DNA of 64,000 nucleotides from Mobula hypostoma (GCF_963921235.1 NC_086109.1:20338001-20402000); one strand, 5' to 3'; counted from the stretch's first letter, positions 11,338 through 23,595 are shown. The notes: generated by a model not told the origin, from the letters alone. Numbers and translations: made by a program.

Positions 11338-11714
11338 CATGGATGGTAGGGGTACGGAGGGCAATGGTCCCAGTGCTGGTTGTTGGGAGTAGTCAATTTA
11401 AGTTGCTTGGCATAGACTAGATGGGCCAAAGGGACCGATTCTGTGCTGTTCTCTTCTGTGACTCTATGACACCCACAGATGCTGCCTGACTCATTGTGTT
11501 TCTCCAACACATTGATGGTGGCCCATAATGTCACCACCTACTCTGGGCGGGGGGGGGGAGTTATTTCATCATCTCCCATTTCTCACTCTCCTACTCCCAA
11601 TCCCCTGCTATTGGTCCTTCAACATATCACCCCATCTTATTATTCCAGTAAGAAAGCAATTTCTCCTTGCTATACAACTAGGTAAGGAATAATTATCGAA
11701 ACAACCTTTGTCCT

Positions 11715-14502
11715 TGATTGGCAGGTATGATATTGTGGCCATCACTGAGACCTGGCTAAAGGATGCATGTCTCTGGGAGCTGAACGTCCAAGGATACACG
11801 GTGTGGGAGGCGTGGCTTTATTGGTAAGAAATGATATTAAATCATTAGAAAGAGGTGATATAGGATCGGAAGGTGCAGAATCTTTATGGGTTGAGCTAAG
11901 AAATATCAGGGGTAAAAGGACCCTAATGGCAGTTATTTGTAGGCCTCCAAACAGCTGCAGGGATGTGGACTACAAATTACAACTGGAAATAGAAAAGACT
12001 TGTCAGAAGGGCAGTGTTATGATAATTGTGGGGGATTTTAACGTGCGAGTAGATTGGGAAAATCAGGTTAGCACTGGATCTCAAGAGAGAGAATTTGTAG
12101 AATGTCTGCGAGATGGCTTTTTAGAACAGCTTGTTGTTGAGCCCACTAGGGGATCGGCTGTACTGGATTGGGTATTGTGTAATGAACCGGAGGTGATTGG
12201 AGAGATTGAGGTGAAGGAACCCTTAGGAGGCAGTGATCATAACATGATTGAGTTCACTGTGAAATTAGAAAAAGAGAAGCTGAAATCTGATGTGTCGGTA
12301 TTTTAGTGGAGTAAAGGAAATTACAGTGGCATGAGAGAGGAACTGGCCAGAGTTGACTGGAAAGAGACACTGGTGGGAAAGACAGCAGAGCAGCAGTGGC
12401 TGGAGTTTATGCGAGAAATGAGGAAGGTGCAAGACAGATATATTCCAAAAAAGAAGAAATTTTCGAGTGGAAAAAGGATGCAACCGTGGTTGACAAGAGA
12501 AGTCAAAGCCAAAGTTAAAGCAAAGGAGAGGGCATACAAGGAAGCAAAAATTAGTGGGAAGACAGAGGATTGGGAAGTTTTTAAAACCTTACAAAAGGAA
12601 ACCAAGAAGGTCACTAAGAGAGAAAAAATTGACTGTGAAAGGAAGCTAGCAAATAATATCAAAGGATACTAAAAGCTTTTTCAAGTATATAGAGTAAAAG
12701 ACAGGTGAGAGTAGATATAGGACAGATAGAAAATGTTGCTGGAGAAATTGCAATGGGAGATAAGGAGATGGCAGAGGAACTGAACGAGTATTCTGCATCA
12801 GTCTTCACTGAGGAAGACATCAGCAGTATACCGGACACTCAAGGGTGGCAGGGAAGAGAAGTGTGCACAGTCACAATTACTATAGAGAAAGTACTCAGGA
12901 AGCTGAATAGGCTAAAGGTAGATAAATCTGGACCAGATGGAATGCACCCTCATGTTCTGAAGGAAGTAGCTGTGGAGATTGCCGAGGCATTAGCGATGAT
13001 CTTTCAAAAGACGATAGATTCTGGCATGGTTCCGGAAGACTGGAAGATTGCAAATGTCACTCCGCTACTTAAGAAGGGGGCAAGGAAGCAAAAAGGAAAT
13101 TATAGACCTGTTAGCTTGACATCGGTGGTTGGGAAGTTGTTGGAGTCGATTGTCAAGGATGAGGTTTCAGAGTACCTGGAGGCATATGACAAGATAGGCA
13201 GAACTCAGCATGGATTCCTTAAAGGAAAATCCTGCCTGACAAACCTATTACAATTTTTTGAGGAAATTACCAGTAGGCTAGACAAGGGAGATGCAGTGGA
13301 TGTTGTATATTTAGATTTTCAGAAGGCCTTTGACAAGGTGCCACACATGAGGCTACTTAACAAGATAAGACCCCATGGAATTACAGGAAAGTTACATACG
13401 TGGATAGAGCGTTGGCTGATTGGCAGGGAACAGAGAGTGGGAATAATGGGATTCTATTCTGGTTGGCTGCCGGTTACCAGTGGTGTTCCACAGGGATCAG
13501 TGTTGGGGCCGTTTCTTTTTACATTGTACATCAACGATTTGGATTATGGAATAGATGGCTTTGTGGCTAAGTTTGCTGACGATATGAAGATGGGTGAAGG
13601 GGCCGGTAGTGCTGAGGAAACGGAGAGTCTGCAGAGAGACTTGGATAGATTGGAAGAATGGGCAGAGAAGTGGCAAATGAAGTACAATGTTGGAAAGTGT
13701 ATGGTTATGCACTTTGGCAGAAAAAATAAACGGGCAGACTATTATTTAAATGGGGAAAGAATTCAAAGTTCTGAGATGCAACGGGACTTGGGAGTCCTCG
13801 TACAGAATACCCTTAAAGTTAACCTCCAGGTTGAGTCAGTAGTGAAGAAGGCAAATGCAATGTTGGCATTCATTTCTAGAGGAATAGAGTATAGGAGCAG
13901 GGATGTGATGTTCAGGCTCTATAAGGTGCTGGTGAGACCTCACTTGGAGTACTGTGGGCAGTTTTGGTCTCCTTATTTAAGAAAGGATGTGCTGACGTTG
14001 GAGAGGGTACAAAGAAGACTCACTAGAATAATTCCGGGAATGAGAGGGTTAACATATGAGGAACGTTTGTCCGCTCTTGGACTGTATTCCTTAGAGTTTA
14101 GAAGAATGAGGGGAGACCTCATAGAAACATTTCAAATGTTAGAAGGCATGGACAGAGTGGATGTGGCAAAGTTGTTTCCCATGATGGGGGAGTCTAGTAC
14201 GAGAGGGCATGACCTAAGGATTGAAGGGCGCCCATTCAGAACAGAAATGCGAAGAAATTTTTTTAGTCAGAGGGTGGTGAATCTATGGAATTTGTTGCCA
14301 TGGGCAGCAGTGGAGGCCAAGTCATTGGGTGTATTTAAGGCAGAGATTGATAGGTATCTGAGTAGCCAGGGCATCAAAGGTTATGGTGAGGTGGGGGAGT
14401 GGGACTAAATGGGAGAATGGATCAGCTCTTGATAAAATGGCGGAGCAGACTTGATGGGCTGAATGGCCTACTTCTGCTCTTTTGTCTTATGGTCTCATGG
14501 TC
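11715..14502 (+). mobile_element. CR1/HER1 LINE, near-complete ORF2 (APE disrupted, RT open)
   Basis: YDIVAITETWL at about 11725; ORF 11767-12306 (RPP, VGDFN, GSDHN); ORFs 12331-12672 and 12705-14408; CR1 3' UTR GAATGGCCTACTTCTGCTC...TCTTATGGTC. Confidence 0.96.
12705..14408 (+). CDS. CR1 ORF2 reverse-transcriptase domain, 567-aa open frame (transposon-derived, probably non-functional)
   Basis: GPDGMHP, NYRPVSLTS, LDFQKAFDKVPH, GVPQGSVLGP, KFADD, FFSQRVVNLWN; the upstream part of ORF2 has stops and frameshifts. Confidence 0.85.
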   Translation: MRVDIGQIENVAGEIAMGDKEMAEELNEYSASVFTEEDISSIPDTQGWQGREVCTVTITIEKVLRKLNRLKVDKSGPDGMHPHVLKEVAVEIAEALAMIFQKTIDSGMVPEDWKIANVTPLLKKGARKQKGNYRPVSLTSVVGKLLESIVKDEVSEYLEAYDKIGRTQHGFLKGKSCLTNLLQFFEEITSRLDKGDAVDVVYLDFQKAFDKVPHMRLLNKIRPHGITGKLHTWIERWLIGREQRVGIMGFYSGWLPVTSGVPQGSVLGPFLFTLYINDLDYGIDGFVAKFADDMKMGEGAGSAEETESLQRDLDRLEEWAEKWQMKYNVGKCMVMHFGRKNKRADYYLNGERIQSSEMQRDLGVLVQNTLKVNLQVESVVKKANAMLAFISRGIEYRSRDVMFRLYKVLVRPHLEYCGQFWSPYLRKDVLTLERVQRRLTRIIPGMRGLTYEERLSALGLYSLEFRRMRGDLIETFQMLEGMDRVDVAKLFPMMGESSTRGHDLRIEGRPFRTEMRRNFFSQRVVNLWNLLPWAAVEAKSLGVFKAEIDRYLSSQGIKGYGEVGEWD

Positions 14503-15427
14503 CTCCAAGTTCAATATGTTTAAAACTGGTAATCAAGTACTGTATGTTCAAAAAAAATGAAAGAAAAAATGCTCGCTGTTTTCATGCTTCTAAAGTTACA
14601 AATTGCAATGCCTTAATGATCAATCTTCACACTTGTGAGACCACAGGGCAGCCGGAAAGATTGACAGACTGATTATTACGAGCATTACCTCCATGTGCCT
14701 TTGCCTCAAGGTCTAATGTAGACCAAGTGTGTCCAGTGACAGTCTATTGTTAAAAATGGCTGTGGCCATTCAACTCCTTGAGCTGGTATTAAATAGGAAA
14801 CTGAGACTGAGGATACTCCATCTTAAACTTCAGATGGGCTTGGTTTCTCTGCTGATCCATCATGTCGAATGGTTCCAAATCCTGTAATCATACCATGGAA
14901 ATGCCTGTAGAGGAATGATTTTGGGGAACAGGAGGTTGGTGATGATGTGGTAAGTGGTTTGGGGGCACTTTGAAGTAGGTGACGCATCCACGGAAACACT
15001 CAGCTCATGTGCTATATTTTGACACCAATGAAGTGAACCGGGAGGATTTCACGCCTGAAGTAATTTTGGAATAAATTAGCACCTAATTTTCGATGTGAGT
15101 TCATTCTTCTTTCGAGTAATAAATGGAAATTGGGGATCCAGAGAAATAACAGGATTCTGAATATTCAAAAACGTTATATCAGAACACCCAGGGAGTTGAC
15201 ATTTTATTAATGCGTGTGAACAATTTGCACAGCCTCTATCAAAATGATGGGTTGGCCAGATTAAACCTTTTTGTTTCCAATGGCAAGGAGGAGAAAAGGG
15301 AACAAGAAACACATCACGCCGGCCTCCTGCCGATATTTACAAATGTGGTACGGGTGCTTGAAAATTGTAACCATGTGTTCGGGCTCCCAGAAGCAGACAG
15401 CAAAGCTCCCCAGGCATTAACGATTAT

Positions 15428-17300
15428 AAGAGCAACACACACAAAACGCTGCAGGAACTCAGCAGGTCAGGCAACATCTATGGAAGTGAATAAACAGTCG
15501 ACATTTCGGGCCGGGACCCTTCTTCAGGACTGGAAGGGAAGGAGGAAGACACCAGAATAAAAAGGTGGGGGAGGGGGAAGAAGGATGGCAAACGGCGAAG
15601 CCAGGTGTGTGGGAAAGGTAAAGGGCTGCAGAAGAAGGAATCCCATTGGAAAGGAGAGTGGACCATGGGAGAAAGGGAAGAAGGTGGGGACTCAGAGTCT
15701 GCCACCAGCTCCAGGCTGGGATCTTCCTCGCTGCTGCTAGGCCACTGGGCTCTCTTTACCCCCCACCACCATTCTCCAACCCCAGGACTCTCAGGCCCCC
15801 TCGTCAAATCTTGAGCCTTCATCTTTCTCCCACCCTAACTTCCCTGAACACAGGAATACTCCCCCTTCCTCTGGTACCACCAACTCTCCTCCCCCCTCCC
15901 GATCCGAGCTCTAATCCCTCCCATTTCTTCCCAATTCCCTCTGATCTTCCCCTCTCTGAGATGGAACATTCTGACCTCAGAAAGAGCCTTACCTTTGTCC
16001 CCCTTTGCATGTCACCCTGTGCTGAGTTGTTATCCCATTAACTCCTTCAACAAGCTCACTTCTTTGGCAAAAGTTTCCCATCCCATGATGATGACCCCCT
16101 TCTCCCATTTTCAATGCTCCTTCTCTTCTTGGACACCTGGCCCTGATTCTCTGCCTGCTTTGGATCTTCTCATCTTGAATTGCCGACGAGACACCAACCT
16201 TCTCAACTTCAGCCCTCCTCTGTCCTCTTCCAGCTTTACCCCCTGTGTATGCACTGCCCTCCATCCTCTCCACACCAATCCCAACCTCACCGTCAAACAC
16301 ACAGACAAAGGGGGTGCTCTTGTAGTCTGTCGCACTGACCTCTACCTTGCTGTGGCCAGGCAGCAACTCTCAGACACCTCCTCAATACCTATCCCTTGAA
16401 TAGGACCCCATTCCAGCCCGTCAAAAACTGTCTCTGACACCATCACTGACCTCATCAATTCTAGAGAACCCCCATACACTGCCACCAAGCTCATAGCTCC
16501 CTTGTTTCTACCTCCTACCCAAGATCCACAAAGTGGACTGTTTGAGTAGGCCTGTTGTCTCTGTCTTCTCCTGCCCCACTGAACGTGTCCTCATATCTCG
16601 ATTCCGTTCTATCCCCCTTGGTTCAGTTCCTTCCCACCAACATCAGCATCACTTCTTGTGCCCTCAGTCTCCTCAATAACTTTCAACTCCCTGGCCCTGA
16701 CTGCCTCATTTTCATCCATTCCTCCTCCACCACCCTCGTGTGTCTGGTGGAACTGGTCCTCTCCCTCAACAATTTCTCCTTTGGCTCCTCCCACTTTCTC
16801 CAAACTCAATGGGTAGCCATGGGCACCCATGTGGACCCCTGCTATGCCAGCCTTTCTGTTGGCTACATAGAAAAGTCCATGTTCTAAGCCTTCAATGGTA
16901 ACGCTCCCCAACTCTTCCTGCATTATACTGATGACTGCATTGGTGCTGCTTCACGCATCCATGCTGAGCTCCTCAATTTAATCATGATGAGGCCACTCTC
17001 AGAGCAGAGGAGCAAAACTTCATATTCTGCTGAGGTAGTCTCCAACCTGATGGCATGACCATAAATTTTGTCTATCCGGTAACCTTTTTCCCTCCCCTCC
17101 CCTCTTCTTCTGTTCCCCACTCTTGCCTCTTACCTCTTCTCTTCACTTGTCTATCAAGTCCCTTTGGAGCTCCTCCTTCTCGGCCCAAAATGGCGATTGC
17201 TTATTCATTTCCATAGATGCTGTCTGACCAGCTGAGTTCCTCTGCATTTTATATGTGTTACTCTAGATTTCCAGCATCTGAAGACTCTCTTGTGTTTATT
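15428..17300 (+). mobile_element. Degenerate PLE: inverted 5' pLTR (15428-15690), RT remnants, 3' pLTR
   Basis: NLTVKHTDKGGALVV...RQQLSD; LNNFSFGSSHFLQTQWVAMGT; HYTDDCIG; hammerhead motif on the minus strand at 15495-15532. Confidence 0.88.
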
Positions 17301-18039
17301 AACAATAATGGTGGGGTTTGCAGTGTGCAATATGTTAGGTGCTTCACTGCCCATGAAGGTTGATTAGCTGGTTACAGAGGTTCATTGGGTGAAGGGTAAG
17401 CACTAGGAGGAAGTAGAAGAAATGAGGGAGATGCAAGAAAGGTGTTCTGTCTGGGAGGAGGAAGAGTAGGAGCAGAAGTAATGGAAACAGATAAGATGCG
17501 AGATCGAGCTCCAACAACCATAGCAGAAGGGAAGACAAGTTTCCTGATAAAGGAGGATATTTCAGATGTCCTGGAACAGAAAGCCCCCTCTTGAGAGCAG
17601 AGACGGAGGAACTGGGAGAAAGGAATTGCATCCTTACAAGAGATAAGGTAGGAAGAGGTGTAGTCTTAAGTAGCTGCCTGTCTAGAAACAATGGTAGGAG
17701 CAAAGTGCATAGTAAAGTGCAAAAGAAAGTTGTTTTTGATTTAAATGAAAATTACTTGGGAGAGAACAAGAAGATAATTGGATTACATTTTCAGAAGGAA
17801 GAAGGCTGTGTGGATTCCTGAGTGCTGAGGTAAATGAAGATTTATTTGCAGTAATTCAAACTTCTCTGCATCATTTGATGGCTTCTGAGAAAGTTGTGAT
17901 TAGCAACATCTTAGAGCTTTGTGACTGATGATTGAAACCTTGATAAGCACCACTTCAAGTCTACCTTTGACGACAAGTGCCTTTGTGATATCATCCCAGT
18001 GATGGTGGGTACAAGTCATCTGTCTGTTGGGTGACATCA

Positions 18040-18490
18040 GTCCATCTATTCTGCTTGCCCCATTATAGGAAGGATGTTGAGACTTTGGAGAGACTTTCCA
18101 AGGTGTTGCCTGGATTAGAGGGTATGTGCAATAACGAGAAGTTGCACAAATCTGGGTTGTTTTCAGTGCTGGCTGAGAGCAGATCTGATAGAAGATTATG
18201 AGGTGTATAGATAGAGTAGACAGATAATATCTTTTCCCAAGGGTTGAAGTATCTAATACCAGAGGGCACGCATTTGAGGTGAGTGGAGGTAATTTCAAAC
18301 GAACTGCGGGGGGCAGGTTTTTTACACAAAGTGTGGTGGGTGCCTGGAGTGCAATGGAGTGGTAGTAGAGGCAGGATCATTAAATAGGTACATGCAGGTA
18401 AGGAAATCACTAATTTAATTAGTTTGGCACAACATAGTGGGTTGAAGGGCCTGTTTCTCCTGCACTGTATTATGTTCGATGTTCAATGTC
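18040..18490 (+). mobile_element. CR1 3' fragment
   Basis: Degenerate GLFS/TRGH/FFTQ coding remnants and CR1 3' UTR GGGTTGAAGGGCCTGTTTCT. Confidence 0.75.
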
Positions 18491-18635
18491 TTCCAGGTCT
18501 CTGTTGACAACTGAGCAGTAACCTGATTCACTAATGAGACTTGGAGGGGAATATCTATCAATGTGGAATGGGTCTTGCCTGGTTCTACTCATTTCAGTAA
18601 GCCAAACAACATAATAATTATGTTAAGCACAACCT

Positions 18636-18986
18636 AGATGTGGTCTTTGAAGATGATGCAAAGAATATCATGGATAAAACGAATATCTAATGAAGATGTC
18701 ATGAACAGAGCAAACACAAAAAGAGAAATCATGTATGAGGTCATGAAAAGGCAACGTAACTTCATTGGACATGTGATTAGGAAAGAGGAGTTAGAATGCA
18801 CGGTAATTGTGGGAAAGATTGAAGGGAAGAAAGCAAGAGGAAGACAAAGACAAATGGTGATGGAGACAGCAGCCAGAGAACTGGAAATGAATACCAATGA
18901 ATTGATGCACTTGACCCAAAACAGGAGTGTGTGGGCCATGGTAGTCAAAGCTCAAACTGGGCATGGCACCTGATGATGATGATGAC
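18636..18986 (+). mobile_element. RTE-clade LINE 3' end
   Basis: MWSLKMMQRISWIKRISNEDV...FIGHVIRK...GKIEGKKARGRQR followed by a (TGA)n tail. Confidence 0.88.
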
Positions 18987-19224
18987 AACCTAGAAAGCAA
19001 CTGGAAGCTTCTGATATTTAACTCATGAACCCCAGTATTTCTCCATTGATATATGAAGCACTCACTCACCTCAACACTGAACTGATTCCACAACCTATGG
19101 ACTCACTTTCAAGGGCCCTACAACTCATGTTTGCAGTATTATTTATTTAATTATCTATTTATTATTTTCTAATATTTGCACAGTTTGTCTTCTTTTGCAC
19201 ATTAGTTGTTTGTCCATCTTTGTT

Positions 19225-19702
19225 TGTTCAATGGTTCCAATTAATATCTGAGAATGTATACAATATACAGCCCGCAATTCTCACTCTCCACAGAATCCAT
19301 GAAACTGAAGAAAAACCCCAAAGGATGAATGACAGGAAAAATGCTAGAACTTCAAAGCCCCCTCCCCTTCCCACACACAAGCAGCAGCAAAGCATCAACC
19401 CTCCTCCTCTCCCTCCCCCCACTTATTCCAGCAAAAAGCATTAGCATCCGCATCAGCCACCATGCAAGCAATCACAAAGCCTCCAAAGAGACCATGATCT
19501 AGGGTCCATCAAAAACCACTACTCACCCAAGAGTTCAACATCCACATGCTCTCTCTCACAAGCAAGGGAGAGAGAGTTATCACTCCTGCCGCAGCGAGAA
19601 GGGAGGACAACAGCTCACTGTTTCAATTTTACAGTCTTTGCTTTCATTTTGAAATCCCAGGCTTGAGAATCGACCGCAAACTCTCTCTCACCATCAAAAG
19701 TA

Positions 19703-19735
<33 letters not shown>

Positions 19736-20010
19736 ACGCTTGAGTGCTGAGACCCCCGACTGCCGACCAACCGCCCCGATGTTCCATTCTCCTGTGACGT
19801 TTCAGTTGGTGACGCCTGTGAGGAATCAGGTCCACAGGGCTGCACAAGGCCACAACCTGAAGGTGCACATCTTCCCGGCTGCTCCTGGAAATATCGAAAA
19901 CTGCCGCTCGGCGAGCTCCCAGAGTGGGTACCCAGCGCAGTGGAGAACCGCAGTTTGAGTGCAGCTGCAGATCACAGACCCCAGCCACCTTGAAAAGGAG
20001 AGGCATTAGA
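19225..20010 (-). mobile_element. Non-autonomous, non-coding LINE-tailed element nested in another LINE 3' UTR fragment (19010-20195)
   Basis: GC-rich head, internal (GA)n at 19708-19735, tail CATTCTCAGATATTAATTGGAACCATTGAAC similar to the tail at 60600-60652. Confidence 0.6.
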
Positions 20011-20499
20011 GGGAAGAAGAATTTAAACTGTTTCACAGCTGAACTAGGAGAAGTGTGCATAGTTTTAAAAAATTGATTCTATTATATTTCTTTGTTCTAC
20101 TGTGAATGCCCGCAAGAAAACGAATCTTGGGTTATTTACGTACTTATACATATATAAGTACTTTGAGAGTAAGTTTACTTTGAACTTTGAAACTATAACC
20201 AAACTTTTGCCCATGATGGAACAAATGTGGTCTTTGTATTGAGGTTGATGATTCATAAGTTAGTTAGATAAGTATTCATTCATGGTTGTTAGTTTTTGTC
20301 CACATGAAATAAAAGAACCCTTTAGTCTTTTATATATCCACTCAACAAAAGTTAAATAAATTTGACACCAAGTCAGGAACTGTTAGGACAGCTTGCAAGT
20401 GGTTTATCAAAGGAGTAGGATTTAGATTGCATCCAAACAGACAGAAGAACAGGAGAAGATTTTAGGAAATGAAATCCTAAGGTGAACAAAGACGCACTC

Positions 20500-21125
20500 T
20501 TCTGTACAGCACCGGCCAAGAAGGCTCACCAACATCTCTACTCATGAGGCTAAGCAAATTTAGCATCTCCTCGATGACCCTTGCAATTTTCCAGAGTTCC
20601 ACCATGGAAAGCGTCTAATCCAGATCCGTCTCAACTTGGTACGGCAACTGATCTGCCCAAGACCAGAAGAATTTGCAGCGTTATGAACTCAGCCCAGACT
20701 ACAATGCAAACTAGCCTCCCTTCTAGTGACTCCATTTACACTTCCTGCTGCCTTGGGAAAGCATTGAACATAACCAGGGATCCCTTCCCAGCCTGGATGT
20801 TCTTTCTTCTCTCCTCTCCCATCGGGTAGAAGGTACAAAATCTTCAGAACACTCAGGCTCAAGGACAGTTTCTATTCTTCTGTTACCAGACTCTTGTATG
20901 GATCAGTCAAGAGAAGATGAACTCCTGATCTTCCATTCTACCTCATTGTGGCCTTGCACTTTACTTTCCTCCTGTATTGTACATTCTGTAACACTATATT
21001 CTGCATTCTGTTTTGTTTTTATTTTGTGCCTCAACGTACTCCTATATTGAATAATCTATTTGCATGGAACACAAGTAAAAGCTTCTCATTGTATCTTGAT
21101 ACATGTGACAATAATAAATCCGAAA
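20500..21125 (+). mobile_element. Degenerate Rex1/Babar 3' fragment
   Basis: LPSSDSIYTSCCLGKALNITRDP; tail CATGTGACAATAATAAA. Confidence 0.75.
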
Positions 21126-21327
21126 CACCAATATCTTTCCCAGTGTTAAAAAATGGATTGAATACCTGACTTTCCACCAGATTCATTCAATACATTGTAA
21201 TCTACATATTACTATCTTCATCAACAATTCCAATTTTTTATTTTATGAATCAGAGGAAAATTTAACACCTTCTTAGTTGAAAAATAACTTTCTGTATAAG
21301 ACTTTGAACCATCTTCAGTAACCTTAC

Positions 21328-21685
21328 AAATGTGTACTATCTACAAAATGCACTGCCACAATACACCAAAGTTCCTAAGGCAGCACCTTCCAGACCCACA
21401 ACCACGACCATCTAGAAGGACGACACCAGCAGAACACCACTTGGAAATCCCCCTCCAAGTCACGCACCATCCTGACTTGGAAACACATCGCCGCTCCTTC
21501 ATTGTTGCTGGGTCAAAATCATGGAATTCCCTCCCTAACAGCACTGTGGGTGTGCCTACACCTCGGGGACTGCAGTGGTTCAAGAAGGCAGCCGATCACC
21601 ACCTTCTCAAGGGCAACTAGGGATGGGCAATAAATGCTGGCTTAGCTGGTGACACCCACGTCCCACAAATGAATAAGTAAAAAAA
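21328..21685 (+). mobile_element. L2/CR1-group LINE 3' end (ZfL3-like, DeuSINE-partner-type tail)
   Basis: SFIVAGSKSWNSLPNSTVG...FKKAADHHLLKGN; tail GGGATGGGCAATAAATGCTGGC...CCCACGTCCC. Confidence 0.7.
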
Positions 21686-21756
21686 CAGTATTTTCTATTT
21701 TGCGCTAAGAAGGCACTGCTACTTTTAAACTATAGGATCTGCTTCATCACTCCATC

Positions 21757-22083
21757 TACGAGGGGTGATTGATCAGTTCATGGCCTACGGTAGAAGGAGA
21801 TACAGCTCTTGTTACATACATGTGCAGTTCAACTTTTTGAGTGATAATGCAGAAAGATTGAAGTTAATAACTCATCTCCTTCTACCTTCAGCCACGAACT
21901 TATCAATCACCCCTTCTGTGGTCCACTTCTGGAGGTCCAAGACGCTAACCTCTACAAAGAAGGGATCCGTATGCTCCACGACTGCTGGACTAAGTGTGTA
22001 AATGTAGGAAAAATAAATGTGCTAAATTTTCTAAAATTGACTCCTTCTACCTTAGGCCACGAACTTATCAATCACCCCTCGTA
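21757..22083 (+). mobile_element. mariner-derived MITE with three TIR copies
   Basis: TA-flanked TIRs CGAGGGGTGATTGATAAGTTCGTGGCCTAAGGTAGAAGGAG; retains transposase C-terminus LEVQDANLYKEGIRMLHDCWTKCVNVG. Confidence 0.88.
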
Positions 22084-22499
22084 TTTTAGCTGCAGTTATG
22101 AGACTTCTGGAAATCTCTGTGCCTCATTGTGATAAAGCACACGCAGACAGTACAAAGTCTGTGGCAGAGAGATTTTATGGCCATTTGTGAATAGTTATTT
22201 ATAGCCTCTACCCAGTAATTGAGATCACTATTTATCCCTGTAGTGAAGATGGTATTTATAGAACACCAGTCCCCCATTCCATGATCTGAGTCTAACAAGT
22301 GTTTGCATCTATAGTGAGGAGAAAAACCTTGAGTAACCATGGAGACAGATCTTTCTCTCTGTCTTGTCCCCTAAATTCTGCTGAATCCAGGAGCCTCTTG
22401 GTGCCAGGTGGTTCAATCAAAAGCAGTTAATGCCTTGAAACATTTTTGCTATGTTAGAGGTGTTACATATGTTGATAAGATACAGGTACAAACAGTTTA

Positions 22500-22937
22500 T
22501 AGAACATCATAGCACAGTACAGGCCCTTTGGCCCACAATTTTGTGCCAACTTTTTAACCTACCCTAAGATCAATCTAACCCTTCCCTCCTACATAACCCG
22601 CTATTTTTCTATATTCCATGTGCCTATATAAGAGTTTATTAAATGTCCCTTATGCACCTGCCTCTTCCACCAACCCTGCCAGGGCATTCCACGCACCCAC
22701 CACTCTTTGTTGCAAAAAAACTTAGCTCTGACATCGGTCCCTATGCTTTGCAACACACAGAAAATGCTGGAGGAACCCAGCAGGGTATTATACAGTAATT
22801 CCCATTCTGTCCTCCAGTCACCTTAAAATTATGCCCCTTTTGTGTTAGCCATTTCCACCCTAAGAAAAAGTCCCTGGGTATCCATTCACTCTCTGCTCTT
22901 GCCATCTTGTATATCTCTATCAAGTGACCTCTCATTC
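22500..22937 (-). mobile_element. CR1 3' fragment (short PLE piece nested at about 22745-22790)
   Basis: RGHLIEIYK...GHNFKV; 3' UTR similar to 703-860. Confidence 0.8.
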
Positions 22938-23031
22938 CCCTTTTATAATGTTGTGATAAACTTACTTATTCTCAAACAAAGTTAGATTGGCAGAATTCTA
23001 AATGTCTATGACACTAAAGGCATACATGCAA

Positions 23032-23595
23032 AGGTCTCTGTCAGTCACAGTGGACCACGGATACTGCGTCCTAGCTGTCTAGATAAGCAAGCCTGGGCAG
23101 CAGAAAGTGGAGAACAAGCTGTTGCCCATGTGGCAAGCTCCCCCTCTCCACACATCGGATGAACCCAAAGGAATGGCAGAGACCGATACAGTTTGGTACC
23201 AGCAGCGTCACAGGAGTTGCTAGTAAGGATTGAACTCAATGTAGAACTGCCTTAGGGACTCCAGCTCCAGATTTTTCCCTTGGGGTTTACTCCCAAAGCA
23301 CTCCCCATAGTGGGTGCGGAGGTTTGAGATCAGAGTTTTCCTTCTCCTAGATGAGCTGTCAACCATGGCCGACAAGCTCCATCTGCCCGAAGCAACTGAT
23401 TTTAAGGAGCTAGTAAACTGCCTTTGCCCCTTCTCCTGTCAGTAGAAACGGTTCTGCCAGGCTCAGTAACTAAGCCACACAAGAAGGCCAGGAGCTGGAC
23501 TTGATTGCCCTAGCCTATTTGAGGCACATGCCATTAGGTGCCTTTAATAGGTAGTGGGAGCTTGTCCCCATTACCACCCCCCGCTATAACAATCT
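23032..23595 (-). mobile_element. Non-autonomous RTE-derived element (UTR sequence, no ORF)
   Basis: RTE 5' UTR-type motif CTAGGAGAAGGAAAACTCTGATCTCAAACC (recalled); its 3' part is homologous to the SINE tail at 47545-47730. Confidence 0.7.

Larger units (their letters stand above)
10900..11469 (+). mobile_element. CR1 3' fragment (host of the tRNA-Pro insertion)
   Basis: SYKERLKRLGLYSLEHRKLRADLI...FTQRVARVW; 3' UTR GATGGGCCAAAGGGACCGATTCTGTGCTGT...CTCTATGAC. Confidence 0.9.

Noticed and set aside
12705..14408. 567-aa RT ORF as a domesticated gene or retron-like system
   Set aside because: It is ordinary CR1 ORF2. The upstream APE region has stops and frameshifts and ORF1 is missing, so the open length reflects recent insertion.
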